Origin: an uncultured candidatus Porisulfidus sp.
GTDB taxonomy: Bacteria > Pseudomonadota > Gammaproteobacteria > Poriferisulfidales > Oxydemutatoraceae
Assembly (NCBI GenBank): GCA_965215125.1
Contig: OZ244052.1
Location: forward strand, 2,048,001-2,112,000
Reading direction: 5' to 3'
Length of the DNA: 64,000 bases
Shown: in pieces, positions 1 through 9,763 of the stretch
Layout of the letters: every line of letters begins with the position of its first letter
Position numbering within the stretch: the stretch's first letter is position 1
Notes under the pieces: model-generated
What the model saw: only the letters and a program-made list of their open reading frames with translations
The model's database searches: none
What the model was told of the DNA's origin: nothing
Translations under genes and position numbers: made by a program

Positions 1-906
1 GGGGAATTGCTCGTGGATTGCATCGGCAAACTTTTGCGCTTCGGCTAAATCGGGTACTGCGGTCTCGCACCACAGTAGATCTGCATACGGAGCATACGCA
101 AGCCCTCTTGCAATCGCTTGATCCAGTCCCGCCTTAGTACGATAAAAGCCTTCCACGGTACGCTCGCCGGTGATAAAAGGTTTATCGTAGGGGTCTACAT
201 CCGAAGTCAGTAGGGTTGCGGCGTTGGCATCGGTGCGTGCGAGTAATACGGTGGGAACACCACAGACATCTGCTGCCAGCCTAGCTGCAATCAATTTCTG
301 TATCGCTTCGCTCGTCGGTACCAGCACTTTGCCGCCCATGTGTCCGCATTTTTTAGCGGAGGCGAGTTGGTCTTCGTAATGTACGCCGGCAGCTCCCGCT
401 TCAATCATCGCTTTCATTAATTCAAAGGCATTGAGCACACCACCGAAGCCGGCCTCGGCATCGGCGACGATAGGAGCGAAGAAGTCTATCTCGGATTCAC
501 CTTTTTTCCATTGTATCTGATCGGCGCGTTGGAAAGCATTATTGATTCTGGCAACCACCGCAGGTACCGAATTGGCAGGGTAGAGTGATTGGTCGGGGTA
601 CATCGCGCAGGCTAAATTAGCGTCGGCTGCTACTTGCCAACCGGAAAGATAAATTGCCTTGACACCGGCTTTAACTTGTTGCACCGCCTGTCCGCCGGTC
701 AACGCACCCAAGCAATTGATATACGGTTCTTCGTTTAATAAGCTCCATAGTTTTTCCGACCCCAAACGAGCATAAGCGTAGGCCCTGCGTACCGAACCGC
801 TCAGACGAACAACATCTTCGGCACTGTAGGTGCGTTTGACGTTTTTCCAACGTGGGTTGTTGTCCCAGTCTTTTTGTATTTCGGCTATCATTTTTTCTCT
901 GTTCAC
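1..906 (-). CDS. aceA: Isocitrate lyase (3' end outside window)
   Basis: Manual translation from GTG at 906 (GGAGGA RBS upstream): [35 protein letters not shown]...[14 protein letters not shown]...YPDQSLYP...[11 protein letters not shown]...[13 protein letters not shown]. Not in the ORF track because it runs off the window edge. Confidence 0.95.
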   Translation of the reverse strand, partial: MNREKMIAEIQKDWDNNPRWKNVKRTYSAEDVVRLSGSVRRAYAYARLGSEKLWSLLNEEPYINCLGALTGGQAVQQVKAGVKAIYLSGWQVAADANLACAMYPDQSLYPANSVPAVVARINNAFQRADQIQWKKGESEIDFFAPIVADAEAGFGGVLNAFELMKAMIEAGAAGVHYEDQLASAKKCGHMGGKVLVPTSEAIQKLIAARLAADVCGVPTVLLARTDANAATLLTSDVDPYDKPFITGERTVEGFYRTKAGLDQAIARGLAYAPYADLLWCETAVPDLAEAQKFADAIHEQFP

Positions 907-1228
907 TTTTTCCTCCGTTAAACAAATGGATTTAGCAATAAACACTTACTTCGAAAGCAAGTATACTTTTAAGGTTTATTCGGTTTTTCCAATAAATTGG
1001 AATTCTCATCATTCTATGTAGCTTATAGGTCTTGGTATAGATATACGACACAAAGGCGGCAGGATCTAAAAGCTGATATGCAGTTCAATCGGCAATCCGC
1101 AAGCCATCAACTTCCGTATATAATAACAGCATAAGACTATCGCTTCAATAGTTTATAGAGATGAACTTTAATTTCCGACCTACATTTATATTTGCCGAGC
1201 ATTTGGTAAAATACCGCTATTATAGCTT

Positions 1229-3826
1229 ATGAGAACCGCAAACGATATCAGGCAATCTTTTTTAGATTTTTTCGAGGCAAAGGAACATAGCGTCGTGCCT
1301 TCGAGCCCACTTATACCCGCCAACGACCCAACATTGTTGTTTACCAATGCCGGGATGGTGCAGTTTAAGGATATTTTCTTGGGTAAAGCGCAAGCACCGT
1401 ATCAACGGGCGGTCAGCAGTCAGCGTTGTATACGTGCGGGTGGCAAGCATAACGATTTAGAGAATGTGGGTTATACCTATCGCCATCATACATTCTTTGA
1501 AATGCTGGGCAATTTTAGTTTTGGTGATTATTTCAAAAGAGAAGCGATTGCTTATGCGTGGGAGTATATCGGCGACATATTGGCGTTGCCGGTAGATAGG
1601 TTATGGGTTACGGTTTTTGAGAAAGACGACGAAGCTGCCGATATTTGGCTCAAAGATATAGGAATTAAACCCGAGCGTTTGGTTCGCATCGGCGAGCGCG
1701 ATAACTTTTGGGCAATGGGTGAGGTAGGTCCGTGTGGTCCTTGCACCGAGATATTTTATGATCACGGTGAAAAAATTGCCGGCGGTGCGCCCGGCACCGC
1801 CGAGCAGGACGGCGATCGCTATGTAGAGTTATGGAATCTTGTGTTCATGCAGTACGAGAGGAACGCTGCCGGCGAATTGTCGGATTTGCCGAAGCCCTCG
1901 GTAGATACCGGCATGGGGCTTGAGCGTATCACTGCGGTGATGCAAGGGGAGTATGATAATTATCGCACCGATTTATTTTTACCCTTGATTGAAGCGGTCG
2001 CAAATCTGAGTTCCGCCGAGTATTTGGGTGACACCTCGCAAAAGGTGATTGCCGACCATCTTCGTTCCGGTAGTTTTTTGATTGCCGACGGTGTCGTGCC
2101 GTCGAAGGAGGGACGAGGCTATGTATTAAGGCGGATTATTCGTCGCGCTTTACGCTACGGTCATAAACTTGGTATGGAGGAGCCTTTCTTTCATAAATTA
2201 GTGTTGCCACTGGTAAAAAATATGGCTGATGCGTATCCGATATTAAAGGAAAAACAAACACATATAATGGAAACCTTAAAAAAAGAAGAGCTACGTTTCG
2301 GCGAAACTTTGAATGTAGGTTTGAGTATTTTGGAAGACCACATCAAGGAGATGTCGTCTGATGTTTTGGCGGGTGATCTGGCATTTAAGCTCTACGATAC
2401 TTATGGCTTTCCGTTGGATATCACCGAAGATATTGCTCGGGAACATAACCTGAAGGTCGATCGTGTCGCTTTCAACCGTCTGATGGACGAGCAACGCTCG
2501 CAGGCTAAGCGGGCGAGTTGCTTCGTGGACAATACCGAGATATTGGATATTACCTTACCGGCACAGGCTTTCAGTGGTTATCAAAAAACTCTGGAGCAGA
2601 GTGTTGTCAAGGAGATCTTCTGCAACGGACAAAAAGTTGAGGCGATCAATTCCGGAGAGGCGGCGACGATATTATTAGACAGCACGCCGTTTTATGCCGA
2701 GTCGGGCGGTCAAGTCGGTGATATAGGGCGGTTAGAGTCGGAATCGGCATTGTTTGAGGTGGAGGATACCCAAAAACAGAGTGATTATCATAAGCACATA
2801 GGTGTGCTCAAGCGAGGGACTTTGACCGTGGGCGAATCAGTGCAGGCGTGCATAGACGATGTGCGCAGAAAGGCTATCGTATTGAATCACTCGGCAACCC
2901 ACTTATTGCACGCCGCGTTGAGGCTGGTATTGGGTGAAGGCGTTGCACAGAAGGGTTCTTTGGTGACCGATACGCATTTGCGTTTTGATTTTTCGCACCA
3001 CACCGCAGTGACCGACGATGAGATTAAGCGCATAGAACAAATCGTCAACGAGCAAATACGCCTAAACATCAAGACCGAAGATGAAGTTATGCCCAAAGAC
3101 GAAGCAATGAAGCGCGGCGCACTTGCGTTGTTCGGAGAAAAATACGGCGAGACGGTGCGGGTGATCGGAATGGGGGATTTTTCTACCGAACTGTGCGGCG
3201 GTACGCATATCGATAGAACCGGTGATATCGGTTTGTTTAAGATCATCTCGGAAGGTGGTGTTGCGGCGGGGGTGCGCCGTATAGAAGCGGTTACCGGCAA
3301 AGCTGCGATAACACGAATGCAAGCGGATGAGTTGTGTCTGGAGACATTGCAGTCGTTATTAAAAACTTCGGCTACCGAGATTACCGATAAAGTCAAGCAG
3401 CTGCTACAAACGAATAAACGGCTGAAGAAAGAGATAGAAAAGCTGGCAACCACCGCCGACGGTGATGGTGCGTTGCTCTCTAAAGCACAGGAGATAGCAG
3501 GCATACAAGTTGTGGCAGCGCGGGTTGAACACGCCGACGCAAAAATAATGCGCAAACTGGTCGACCAAATGAAAATGAAGCTCGGAGATGCTGCGATTAT
3601 TTTAGGTGCCGAGAAAGACGATAAGGCGATATTGATCGCCGGCGTTAGCAAAAGCTGTGTAGACCGCATCTCGGCGCAACGATTGATTAATGCAATCGCG
3701 TCACAGGTCGACGGTAAAGGCGGCGGACGCGACGATATGGCGGAAGCCGGCGGTAAAAACCCGGCAGCTTTGGATAAAGCATTGGCATCGGTTCCCGAGT
3801 GGGTGCGCAAACATTTGGCAGCTTGA
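1229..3826 (+). CDS. alaS: Alanine--tRNA ligase
   Basis: LLFTNAGMVQFK, RHHTFFEMLGNFSFGDYFK, ELCGGTH and GKGGGR motifs; 865 aa. Confidence 0.98.
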   Translation: MRTANDIRQSFLDFFEAKEHSVVPSSPLIPANDPTLLFTNAGMVQFKDIFLGKAQAPYQRAVSSQRCIRAGGKHNDLENVGYTYRHHTFFEMLGNFSFGDYFKREAIAYAWEYIGDILALPVDRLWVTVFEKDDEAADIWLKDIGIKPERLVRIGERDNFWAMGEVGPCGPCTEIFYDHGEKIAGGAPGTAEQDGDRYVELWNLVFMQYERNAAGELSDLPKPSVDTGMGLERITAVMQGEYDNYRTDLFLPLIEAVANLSSAEYLGDTSQKVIADHLRSGSFLIADGVVPSKEGRGYVLRRIIRRALRYGHKLGMEEPFFHKLVLPLVKNMADAYPILKEKQTHIMETLKKEELRFGETLNVGLSILEDHIKEMSSDVLAGDLAFKLYDTYGFPLDITEDIAREHNLKVDRVAFNRLMDEQRSQAKRASCFVDNTEILDITLPAQAFSGYQKTLEQSVVKEIFCNGQKVEAINSGEAATILLDSTPFYAESGGQVGDIGRLESESALFEVEDTQKQSDYHKHIGVLKRGTLTVGESVQACIDDVRRKAIVLNHSATHLLHAALRLVLGEGVAQKGSLVTDTHLRFDFSHHTAVTDDEIKRIEQIVNEQIRLNIKTEDEVMPKDEAMKRGALALFGEKYGETVRVIGMGDFSTELCGGTHIDRTGDIGLFKIISEGGVAAGVRRIEAVTGKAAITRMQADELCLETLQSLLKTSATEITDKVKQLLQTNKRLKKEIEKLATTADGDGALLSKAQEIAGIQVVAARVEHADAKIMRKLVDQMKMKLGDAAIILGAEKDDKAILIAGVSKSCVDRISAQRLINAIASQVDGKGGGRDDMAEAGGKNPAALDKALASVPEWVRKHLAA

Positions 3827-3827
3827 G

Positions 3828-4457
3828 GTGCGCACACGGATTAAATTCTGCGGCATAAACAAGCAGTCCGATTTCGCTTATGCGGCATCACTGGGTGCGG
3901 ATATCGTGGGGTTGGTTTTCTATGAGGCGAGTCCTCGCTATATTGATATTGCGCATGCGCAAAGCCTAATGCACAAAGCCGATAGATCGTTAAAAGTAGC
4001 GGCTTTGTTCATGGATGCCGACCATGATTTTATCGCCGACATAGCCAAGCAGATCAATGTGGATTATATACAATTTCACGGCACCGAATCGGTGGCGTTT
4101 TGTACTTCGTTTTCTTTACCTTATATCAAAGCGATACCCATGGCAGACGAAGCACAGGCAAACGAAATGATAGAAGCGCATCGCAATAGTGCGGACATAC
4201 TGTTGCTGGATGGCCATCGTGTCGGAATGCCCGGTGGCGGAGGGATTACTTTTGATTGGCGGGACCTCTCTAATATCAATGCTTCAATATTCGTTGCCGG
4301 TGGATTGAATCCCGAAAATGTAGCACAAGCCATTGCACAATGCCGTCCGCAAGGTGTGGATGTCAGTAGCGGTGTTGAATCAACCGTCGGAGTCAAGGAC
4401 CCTGCATTGATGAAAGCCTTTGCTCAAGCGGTACTGCGTGCCGATTCGAAACGATAA
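3828..4457 (+). CDS. trpF: Phosphoribosylanthranilate isomerase
   Basis: RTRIKFCGI, QFHGTE, GGGGITFDW, AGGLNPENV, GVDVSSGVE; GTG start 1 nt after the alaS stop (ORF-track start 3690 over-extended). Confidence 0.93.
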   Translation: MRTRIKFCGINKQSDFAYAASLGADIVGLVFYEASPRYIDIAHAQSLMHKADRSLKVAALFMDADHDFIADIAKQINVDYIQFHGTESVAFCTSFSLPYIKAIPMADEAQANEMIEAHRNSADILLLDGHRVGMPGGGGITFDWRDLSNINASIFVAGGLNPENVAQAIAQCRPQGVDVSSGVESTVGVKDPALMKAFAQAVLRADSKR

Positions 4458-4469
4458 GAATGGTTGCAG

Positions 4470-4523
4470 CGCATTCTGCACAAGCTAATTCCCCTCCTGT
4501 GGAGGGGTGGCAGGCGCAGCCTG
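4470..4523 (+). repeat. Palindromic repeat module A (CCCCTCC-N3-GGAGGGG-TGGCAGGCG-AGCCTG), truncated
   Basis: attcccctcctgtggaggggtggcaggcgcagcctg; related copies at ~23575, 23705, 27043, 31684, 32395, 40145, 56643. Confidence 0.85.
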
Positions 4524-4644
4524 TGTGCGGTGACAGAGAATTTGACAGAAGCGATTTTTAGCGGGATTTGACGGAATTTGGCGGTATTGCTTGCTTTCCG
4601 AGCGCAAAAGAAGTCTCGCGTGCTGTCACTGGCTCGCAACGGGG

Positions 4645-4657
4645 AATCAATGACTTA
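4645..4657 (+). promoter_or_regulatory. IHF-binding consensus near the prophage boundary
   Basis: AATCAATGACTTA matches WATCAANNNNTTR exactly. Confidence 0.45.
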
Positions 4658-4841
4658 CGAGCCGAACTTTCGCGCAATAAATCGGTGAATTTTAGGGTAT
4701 TAAACCTGTTTTAACCTTTGTTTAATTAGCTTTCAAAGGATTATTGAATGTGTATTTAACATAACGTAACCTTCGCGCTAACTCGCGCGCACAAACCTTT
4801 GTACAAAAACGGCACTTTTATACAAGTAATGCCCTGCTATT

Positions 4842-5327
4842 TTAGGCTAACGGCAGGCTGATAAATCGGGCGATAATCTCCTCAATTTCACTGCGACCTT
4901 CGTTTGATAATCCGAGAAACGGACGCGCCGGAATATCTCCCCAAGGAATAGGGCGGCCGTGCCTATCACTACCAAAGCTACCTCTTCCTGAACCAAATTG
5001 ATGTGTAGCTGCGTAGATAACATTAGTGCCTGCGATGGCATAATCTTTACCGAAGGCTGATGTGATACTGTTTGCGAGCCGACCTGTTTGCTGTAGCTTC
5101 TGCCCCGGCCAATAGCCGGATTTCTCGCGCTGTTTGATTGTTGTGTCCGACAACGGCACCCATGTCTCACCATTCGGTGCTTGTTCGGACTGAAAGGCTT
5201 CCTCAATATTATCTACCAACACACCGGCAATCGCCTGCATTGCAGGTGATAGGTCGTCACCGCGACGTGCCAGAAAGTTTAATGATTGCAGTGCCTTTTT
5301 GTCTTTGATTTTAATATCTATTTTCAT
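4842..5327 (-). CDS. Phage virion morphogenesis protein (Mu gpG-like)
   Basis: F-E-APNG-W-PLS, LQQTGRLANSI, GTNVIYAATHQFG, IPARPFLG motifs. Confidence 0.9.
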   Translation of the reverse strand: MKIDIKIKDKKALQSLNFLARRGDDLSPAMQAIAGVLVDNIEEAFQSEQAPNGETWVPLSDTTIKQREKSGYWPGQKLQQTGRLANSITSAFGKDYAIAGTNVIYAATHQFGSGRGSFGSDRHGRPIPWGDIPARPFLGLSNEGRSEIEEIIARFISLPLA

Positions 5328-5329
5328 TA

Positions 5330-5338
5330 TGCTATACT
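5330..5338 (+). promoter_or_regulatory. Putative extended -10 promoter (TGcTATACT) firing antisense to the phage genes
   Basis: TG at 5330-5331, TATACT at 5333-5338, 4 nt upstream of a structured element. Confidence 0.5.
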
Positions 5339-5342
5339 TTAA

Positions 5343-5441
5343 GTGAGGGTTGTGCGGACTGAATTATCAGAGTTAGGTCGCCAACATAATTTAGTAATCA
5401 TTAAGTGCCTAACCACTTAAGCGAAATCACCCAACCCTCAC
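5343..5441 (+). ncRNA. Candidate structured small RNA convergent on the MuF toxin 3' end
   Basis: Perfect 10-bp closing stem GTGAGGGTTG(5343-5352)/CAACCCTCAC(5432-5441); internal hairpins CTGA-ATTA-TCAG and TTAAGTG-CCTAAC-CACTTAA; upstream extended -10. Confidence 0.45.
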
Positions 5442-5449
5442 CCTTTAAT

Positions 5450-6787
5450 CTACTTATTTTCATACAACAACACACCCTTGCGTTGATTGTTAATATAGTT
5501 TACTTTACTGGTAAATATAGCATTCAGAAACAAACTGCCATCTTGATTTTCTCGCACAATAATCAGCATGTTTTTTTTGCTCTTAAAAGATTTTATAAAT
5601 TGCCTGCGAAAGCCATCTTTGTATTCTGTCAACCAAACCTCATTAGGCTTTTCTAGCGTCGGTAATATAAAGTTAGCAAACCTTTCTCTTTGGTGCTCTC
5701 GCTTCAGCATCATATGTCGCATATGCTGAAGTTTAACAAAAACTGGTTCAACTGGTGTATTGATTTGCCTCCAACCCTTGCCCTGAAAAATGACTCTGTT
5801 AATTTGCTTTAAGGCTCCGCTTAACGATTGTGCGCTAGGCAAAACTTTAGGTGTCTCATCTAAAAATTTAGAAGGATAATCTTTTATGCTGGGTAATCCG
5901 TAGTCTTTATAGTTTGGTTGATTGGGTTCTATGATGGCGACACCTTTGCCACGACCGCCGACTTGATCGGGCAATGCGCCGAGCTTATCCCACAAAGCCC
6001 ACCTAGCACCCGGGTTATAACCGAAGCTGGCATCGGGTGCCTCTAAAAATGTTTGGCCCGCCGCATCCTTGCCTCGATACCTGACAGCTTGTTGGGTTAG
6101 CACTTCGCCTGTATATTTATCAACGCCGACTTCTTGAGTGAAGGTCTCCAGATGTCCTTCACTCGTACCAACTTTCAGTCCACGAGATTTAACTTGTCGC
6201 TCGGTTAGTGTCCGCACACGACACCGGCAATTCCAGCCGTTAGGCGGATAAAAGGTGTCCCAGAACGGATCGTCAAAGCGGAAGACTTTGCCATGTAGCT
6301 TGCGGTGCGCCGGACGAGTGCGAGAGTCCATCACGGCGAGGTATTGCCAGTATTTTCTTGTACCGATGCGCTGTGTTGCCAGTTCTACCTGTTGTTTGTA
6401 TCTACCCGCACTATAAGCGGTATTTAAGTTGGTTCTAAAGATGGTTTTAAGCCTATTTACCGAACCCAGTTGCACTAGTTCAGCGGTGCCGTCGGGAGCC
6501 TCTTTTACGCGTCTACCCCACCAGCCGAGCTTCTGCAGTTTCGGTTGTAGTTCTTTCTTATAAGTATGGAAAGCGATACCTTCGGAGATTGCTTTATCGG
6601 TCTCATTACGGATAGCCCGCAATACTTCCATTTTGGTAGCTTTGGCAATCGTGAATGCTTTCGCGTTTGCTTCGGCTAGCGATTCGTGCCAGTCCCATGT
6701 GATACGATAGCCTTTACTTCTAAAGTATTCAATAGCATCACTCGGTTGGAGTTTAACCGCAAACCCGAGATCAACTGCTTCAGGCAT
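5450..6787 (-). CDS. MuF (SPP1 gp7-like) head morphogenesis protein with C-terminal PBECR2-like nuclease extension
   Basis: RLKTIFRTN, WQYLAVMDSRTRPAH, PPNGWNCRCRV, F-YNPG; C-terminal RERF..FILPTLEKPNEVW...RRQFIK...YINNQRKGVLLY resembles PBECR2. Confidence 0.85.
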   Translation of the reverse strand: MPEAVDLGFAVKLQPSDAIEYFRSKGYRITWDWHESLAEANAKAFTIAKATKMEVLRAIRNETDKAISEGIAFHTYKKELQPKLQKLGWWGRRVKEAPDGTAELVQLGSVNRLKTIFRTNLNTAYSAGRYKQQVELATQRIGTRKYWQYLAVMDSRTRPAHRKLHGKVFRFDDPFWDTFYPPNGWNCRCRVRTLTERQVKSRGLKVGTSEGHLETFTQEVGVDKYTGEVLTQQAVRYRGKDAAGQTFLEAPDASFGYNPGARWALWDKLGALPDQVGGRGKGVAIIEPNQPNYKDYGLPSIKDYPSKFLDETPKVLPSAQSLSGALKQINRVIFQGKGWRQINTPVEPVFVKLQHMRHMMLKREHQRERFANFILPTLEKPNEVWLTEYKDGFRRQFIKSFKSKKNMLIIVRENQDGSLFLNAIFTSKVNYINNQRKGVLLYENK

Positions 6788-7140
6788 TGAGCCGACCCCA
6801 AGTATCTGCGGCGAATATGATCCTTGTCAATAAATCATGCAAACTTTCGCCATCCATATTTGGATATCGCTCGGCGAGCAGACCCAGAATATAATCGGGA
6901 TTCTCGTCTATGGCATCAAGCAACGGTTGTGCTAAAGATTCAGCTATTTGTTGCTGTGTATTATTGTCTATGGATGACAGTATTGCCTCCAACGCCTCTT
7001 CCACATCGGCAGTCTCGGCAAAGTCCGATGTTTGATTACCCGCCGGTGGTGCGATCGGTATTCCAACATCGTCTACTTCAATCTTATAAGTCTGTTCAAT
7101 ATGTTCTTTCGTTGGACGATAGCCCATACGATAGATAATT
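6780..7140 (-). pseudogene. C-terminal fragment of Mu gp29-like portal protein (DUF935)
   Basis: LAERYPNMD...L.DLLTRIIFAADTWGR tail; stop overlaps the MuF start; 5' part replaced by IS3 sequence. Confidence 0.75.
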
Positions 7141-7600
7141 TCATCTGCTGGTCTCGGCTCCAGTGGAACATGATCTTGCATCTAAACTCGGTGCCATTGT
7201 CGCAGACGATGCGTGCCGGCTTTGCGCCGAGCCGGCCTATCAATTCAGATAGATAATCTGCTACAGATTTGCCGGTAATCGAAACATCAACAATCTGCCC
7301 GACACATTCACGGCTGAAGTTATCTACTATGTTCAATATCCGAAAGCGTCTACCGTCGCTGAGCTGGTCATGCACAAAGTCCATTGACCAGCACTCATTG
7401 ACCCTAGTCGGTGTTGTCGGCACGCCACGTGGACGACACAGCTTCTTGCGCTTCTTAGTTCTCAATTCAAGCCCGAGCTTCTTATGAAGCCTATAGGTGC
7501 GCTTCACATTGACCACCCGTCCTTCGCTCTTTAGAAGCGCATGTAGCATCTTATAGCCATAATGCGGATACTAGATTGCCTTCTCCAATCCTGTGCCGAC
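7138..7600 (-). mobile_element. IS3-family transposase OrfB internal fragment (pseudogene)
   Basis: YGYKMLHALLKSEG..VNVKRTYRL, WSMDFVHDQLSDGRRFRILNIVDNFSREC, CDNGTEF; in-frame stop upstream and truncated downstream. Confidence 0.9.
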
Positions 7601-7736
7601 ACAACATCCTGTGTTTAGCATAAATGTCTCCGAATAACCGTAGGGACTGACTATTCCCCTCCCAAGCAGAGGAATATGGAAAAATCACATAGAGACTATA
7701 TAATAGTCGGAAGTTCGCATTTACCTTAAAATCAAT

Positions 7737-8927
7737 ATGAAAGCACAAGAGCAAAAAGCCGATATATCCGGACATTTCGGTCCTTACGGAGGACGCTTTG
7801 TCTCGGAGACCCTGATGTGGCCCTTAGAGGAATTGGAAGCCGCTTATCTGCGCTATAAAGACGATGCCGATTTCATTGCCGAATACGAGAACGATCTGCG
7901 CGATTATGTAGGCAGGCCGAGTCCGCTTTATCTTGCGGCGCGATGGAGCGAGATTTTAGGTGGTGCACAGATTTACTTAAAGCGAGAGGACTTAAATCAT
8001 ACCGGTGCCCATAAGATCAATAGTGCTTTGGGTCAAGCTTTGCTCGCCAAGCGTATGGGTAAACAGCGAATTATTGCCGAAACCGGTGCCGGTCAGCACG
8101 GTGTCGCAACGGCGACGGTGGCTGCGCGTTTGGGTTTGGAGTGTGTTATCTATATGGGTGATGAGGATATCAAACGACAAAAACCCAATGTATATCGCAT
8201 GGAATTGCTCGGAGCCGAGGTCGTTCCGGTAAAAAGCGGTTCGCGTACCTTGAAAGACGCGCTCAACGAAGCGATGCGCGATTGGGTGACCTATGTAGAT
8301 CAAACCTTCTATATTATCGGGACGGTTGCAGGACCTCACCCTTATCCAACAATGGTTAGGCATTTTCAATCGGTGATAGGACGCGAGACCAGACAACAAA
8401 TTCTGGAGTTGAACGGCGCACTGCCGAGTGCGTTGCTCGCTTGTGTCGGTGGCGGCTCCAATGCGCTGGGTTTATTCCATGCTTTTCTGGGCGACGAAAC
8501 CGTTGAATTGTACGGTGTAGAAGCCGGCGGCGAAGGCTTGGAGGGCGATCGACATTCGGCATCGCTCAGTGCAGGCAAGCCGGGGGTGTTGCACGGTAAC
8601 CGCACTTATTTACTGGAGGATGGCGACGGGCAGATACTACCGGCACATTCGGTATCGGCGGGTTTGGATTATCCCGGAGTCGGTCCCGAACACGCATGGC
8701 TGAAAGATACCGGCAGAGTCTCCTATGTTACCGTCACCGACGGTCAAGCCTTGGATGCATTCCACCAATTAACCCGTTGCGAAGGTATTATCCCTGCTTT
8801 GGAAACCAGCCATGCCTTAGCTTATACCACACAACTCGCAAAACGCTATGCGCATACCGATGCGATCGTTGTCAATTTATCGGGGAGAGGGGATAAAGAT
8901 TTAGAGACGGTTCGCAGCTTCGTCTAA
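7737..8927 (+). CDS. trpB: Tryptophan synthase beta chain
   Basis: [46 protein letters not shown]. Confidence 0.98.
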   Translation: MKAQEQKADISGHFGPYGGRFVSETLMWPLEELEAAYLRYKDDADFIAEYENDLRDYVGRPSPLYLAARWSEILGGAQIYLKREDLNHTGAHKINSALGQALLAKRMGKQRIIAETGAGQHGVATATVAARLGLECVIYMGDEDIKRQKPNVYRMELLGAEVVPVKSGSRTLKDALNEAMRDWVTYVDQTFYIIGTVAGPHPYPTMVRHFQSVIGRETRQQILELNGALPSALLACVGGGSNALGLFHAFLGDETVELYGVEAGGEGLEGDRHSASLSAGKPGVLHGNRTYLLEDGDGQILPAHSVSAGLDYPGVGPEHAWLKDTGRVSYVTVTDGQALDAFHQLTRCEGIIPALETSHALAYTTQLAKRYAHTDAIVVNLSGRGDKDLETVRSFV

Positions 8928-8932
8928 AACGA

Positions 8933-9748
8933 ATGGCTAAAACCCGCATCGGCACATGTTTTGATTCGTTGGCGACGTCCGGTCGCACGGCGTTGATACC
9001 TTATATTATGGCGGGCGATCCGAACCCCGATGCAAGCGTGCCGCTGATGCATACATTGGTTGAAAACGGTGGTGATTTAATAGAGTTGGGCATCCCCTTT
9101 TCGGATCCGATGGCAGACGGACCGGTTATACAAGCTGCCGGTGAGCGCGCACTGCACCATCGGATAAGCATACACGATGTAATCAACACGGTTGCCGAGT
9201 TCCGATTAAAGAATAACGACACGCCCGTTGTCTTGATGACGTATCAGAATCCTATCGAAGCGATGGGAGAGCTGCAATTCGTAAAATCTGCGGTGCAAGC
9301 GGGTGTAGACGGCGTATTGGTCGTTGATTTGCCGATTGAAGAAGCCGGCGCGCTATTGAGGGCAACCGAACGCGAGGCTTTGGATATCATTTTTTTGGTA
9401 TCGCCTACGACGACGAATGAGCGATTGAAGCGTATTGCGCAAGTGGCGAGCGGTTTCCTTTACTATGTGTCTTTGAAAGGTGTGACCGGTGCCAAGCATA
9501 TAGACTTAAAACAAATAGCCGATAAGGTAAAGCAGTTTAAGAATATAATAACGATACCGACGGCAGTGGGGTTCGGGATACACGATGCGCAACATGCTAG
9601 GCAAGTTGCGCAGTTGGCGGATGCCGTCGTGGTCGGCAGCGCAATTGTGCGCATCATAGAGCAACATGCCGATGCCGATTATCGGCTAGCGGTAGCCGAT
9701 TTTGTCGCTGCGTTGCGCAATGCCATGGATGCCGAAATTGGCGATTGA
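8933..9748 (+). CDS. trpA: Tryptophan synthase alpha chain
   Basis: ELGIPFSDPMADGPVIQ, YYVSLKGVTG, VGFGI. Confidence 0.97.
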   Translation: MAKTRIGTCFDSLATSGRTALIPYIMAGDPNPDASVPLMHTLVENGGDLIELGIPFSDPMADGPVIQAAGERALHHRISIHDVINTVAEFRLKNNDTPVVLMTYQNPIEAMGELQFVKSAVQAGVDGVLVVDLPIEEAGALLRATEREALDIIFLVSPTTTNERLKRIAQVASGFLYYVSLKGVTGAKHIDLKQIADKVKQFKNIITIPTAVGFGIHDAQHARQVAQLADAVVVGSAIVRIIEQHADADYRLAVADFVAALRNAMDAEIGD

Positions 9749-9763
9749 TTATAGAGATAGAAA

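Larger units (their letters stand above)
4524..7140 (-). mobile_element. Mu-like (transposable) prophage remnant: portal C-terminus, MuF, gpG
   Basis: Syntenic Mu head genes inserted between trpF and trpB, antisense to the operon; truncated by an IS3 fragment. Confidence 0.85.

Noticed and set aside
3690-3827. N-terminal extension of TrpF or an alaS-trpF fusion
   Set aside because: alaS has its own stop and TrpF similarity starts at GTG 3828.
2887-3837. 316-aa antisense ORF and the many other short shadow ORFs
   Set aside because: They overlap well-supported genes on the opposite strand or frame and have no recognisable motifs.
5343-5441. tRNA or hammerhead ribozyme identity for the structured spacer
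   Set aside because: No TTCRA T-loop or canonical cloverleaf, and no CTGANGA core on either strand.
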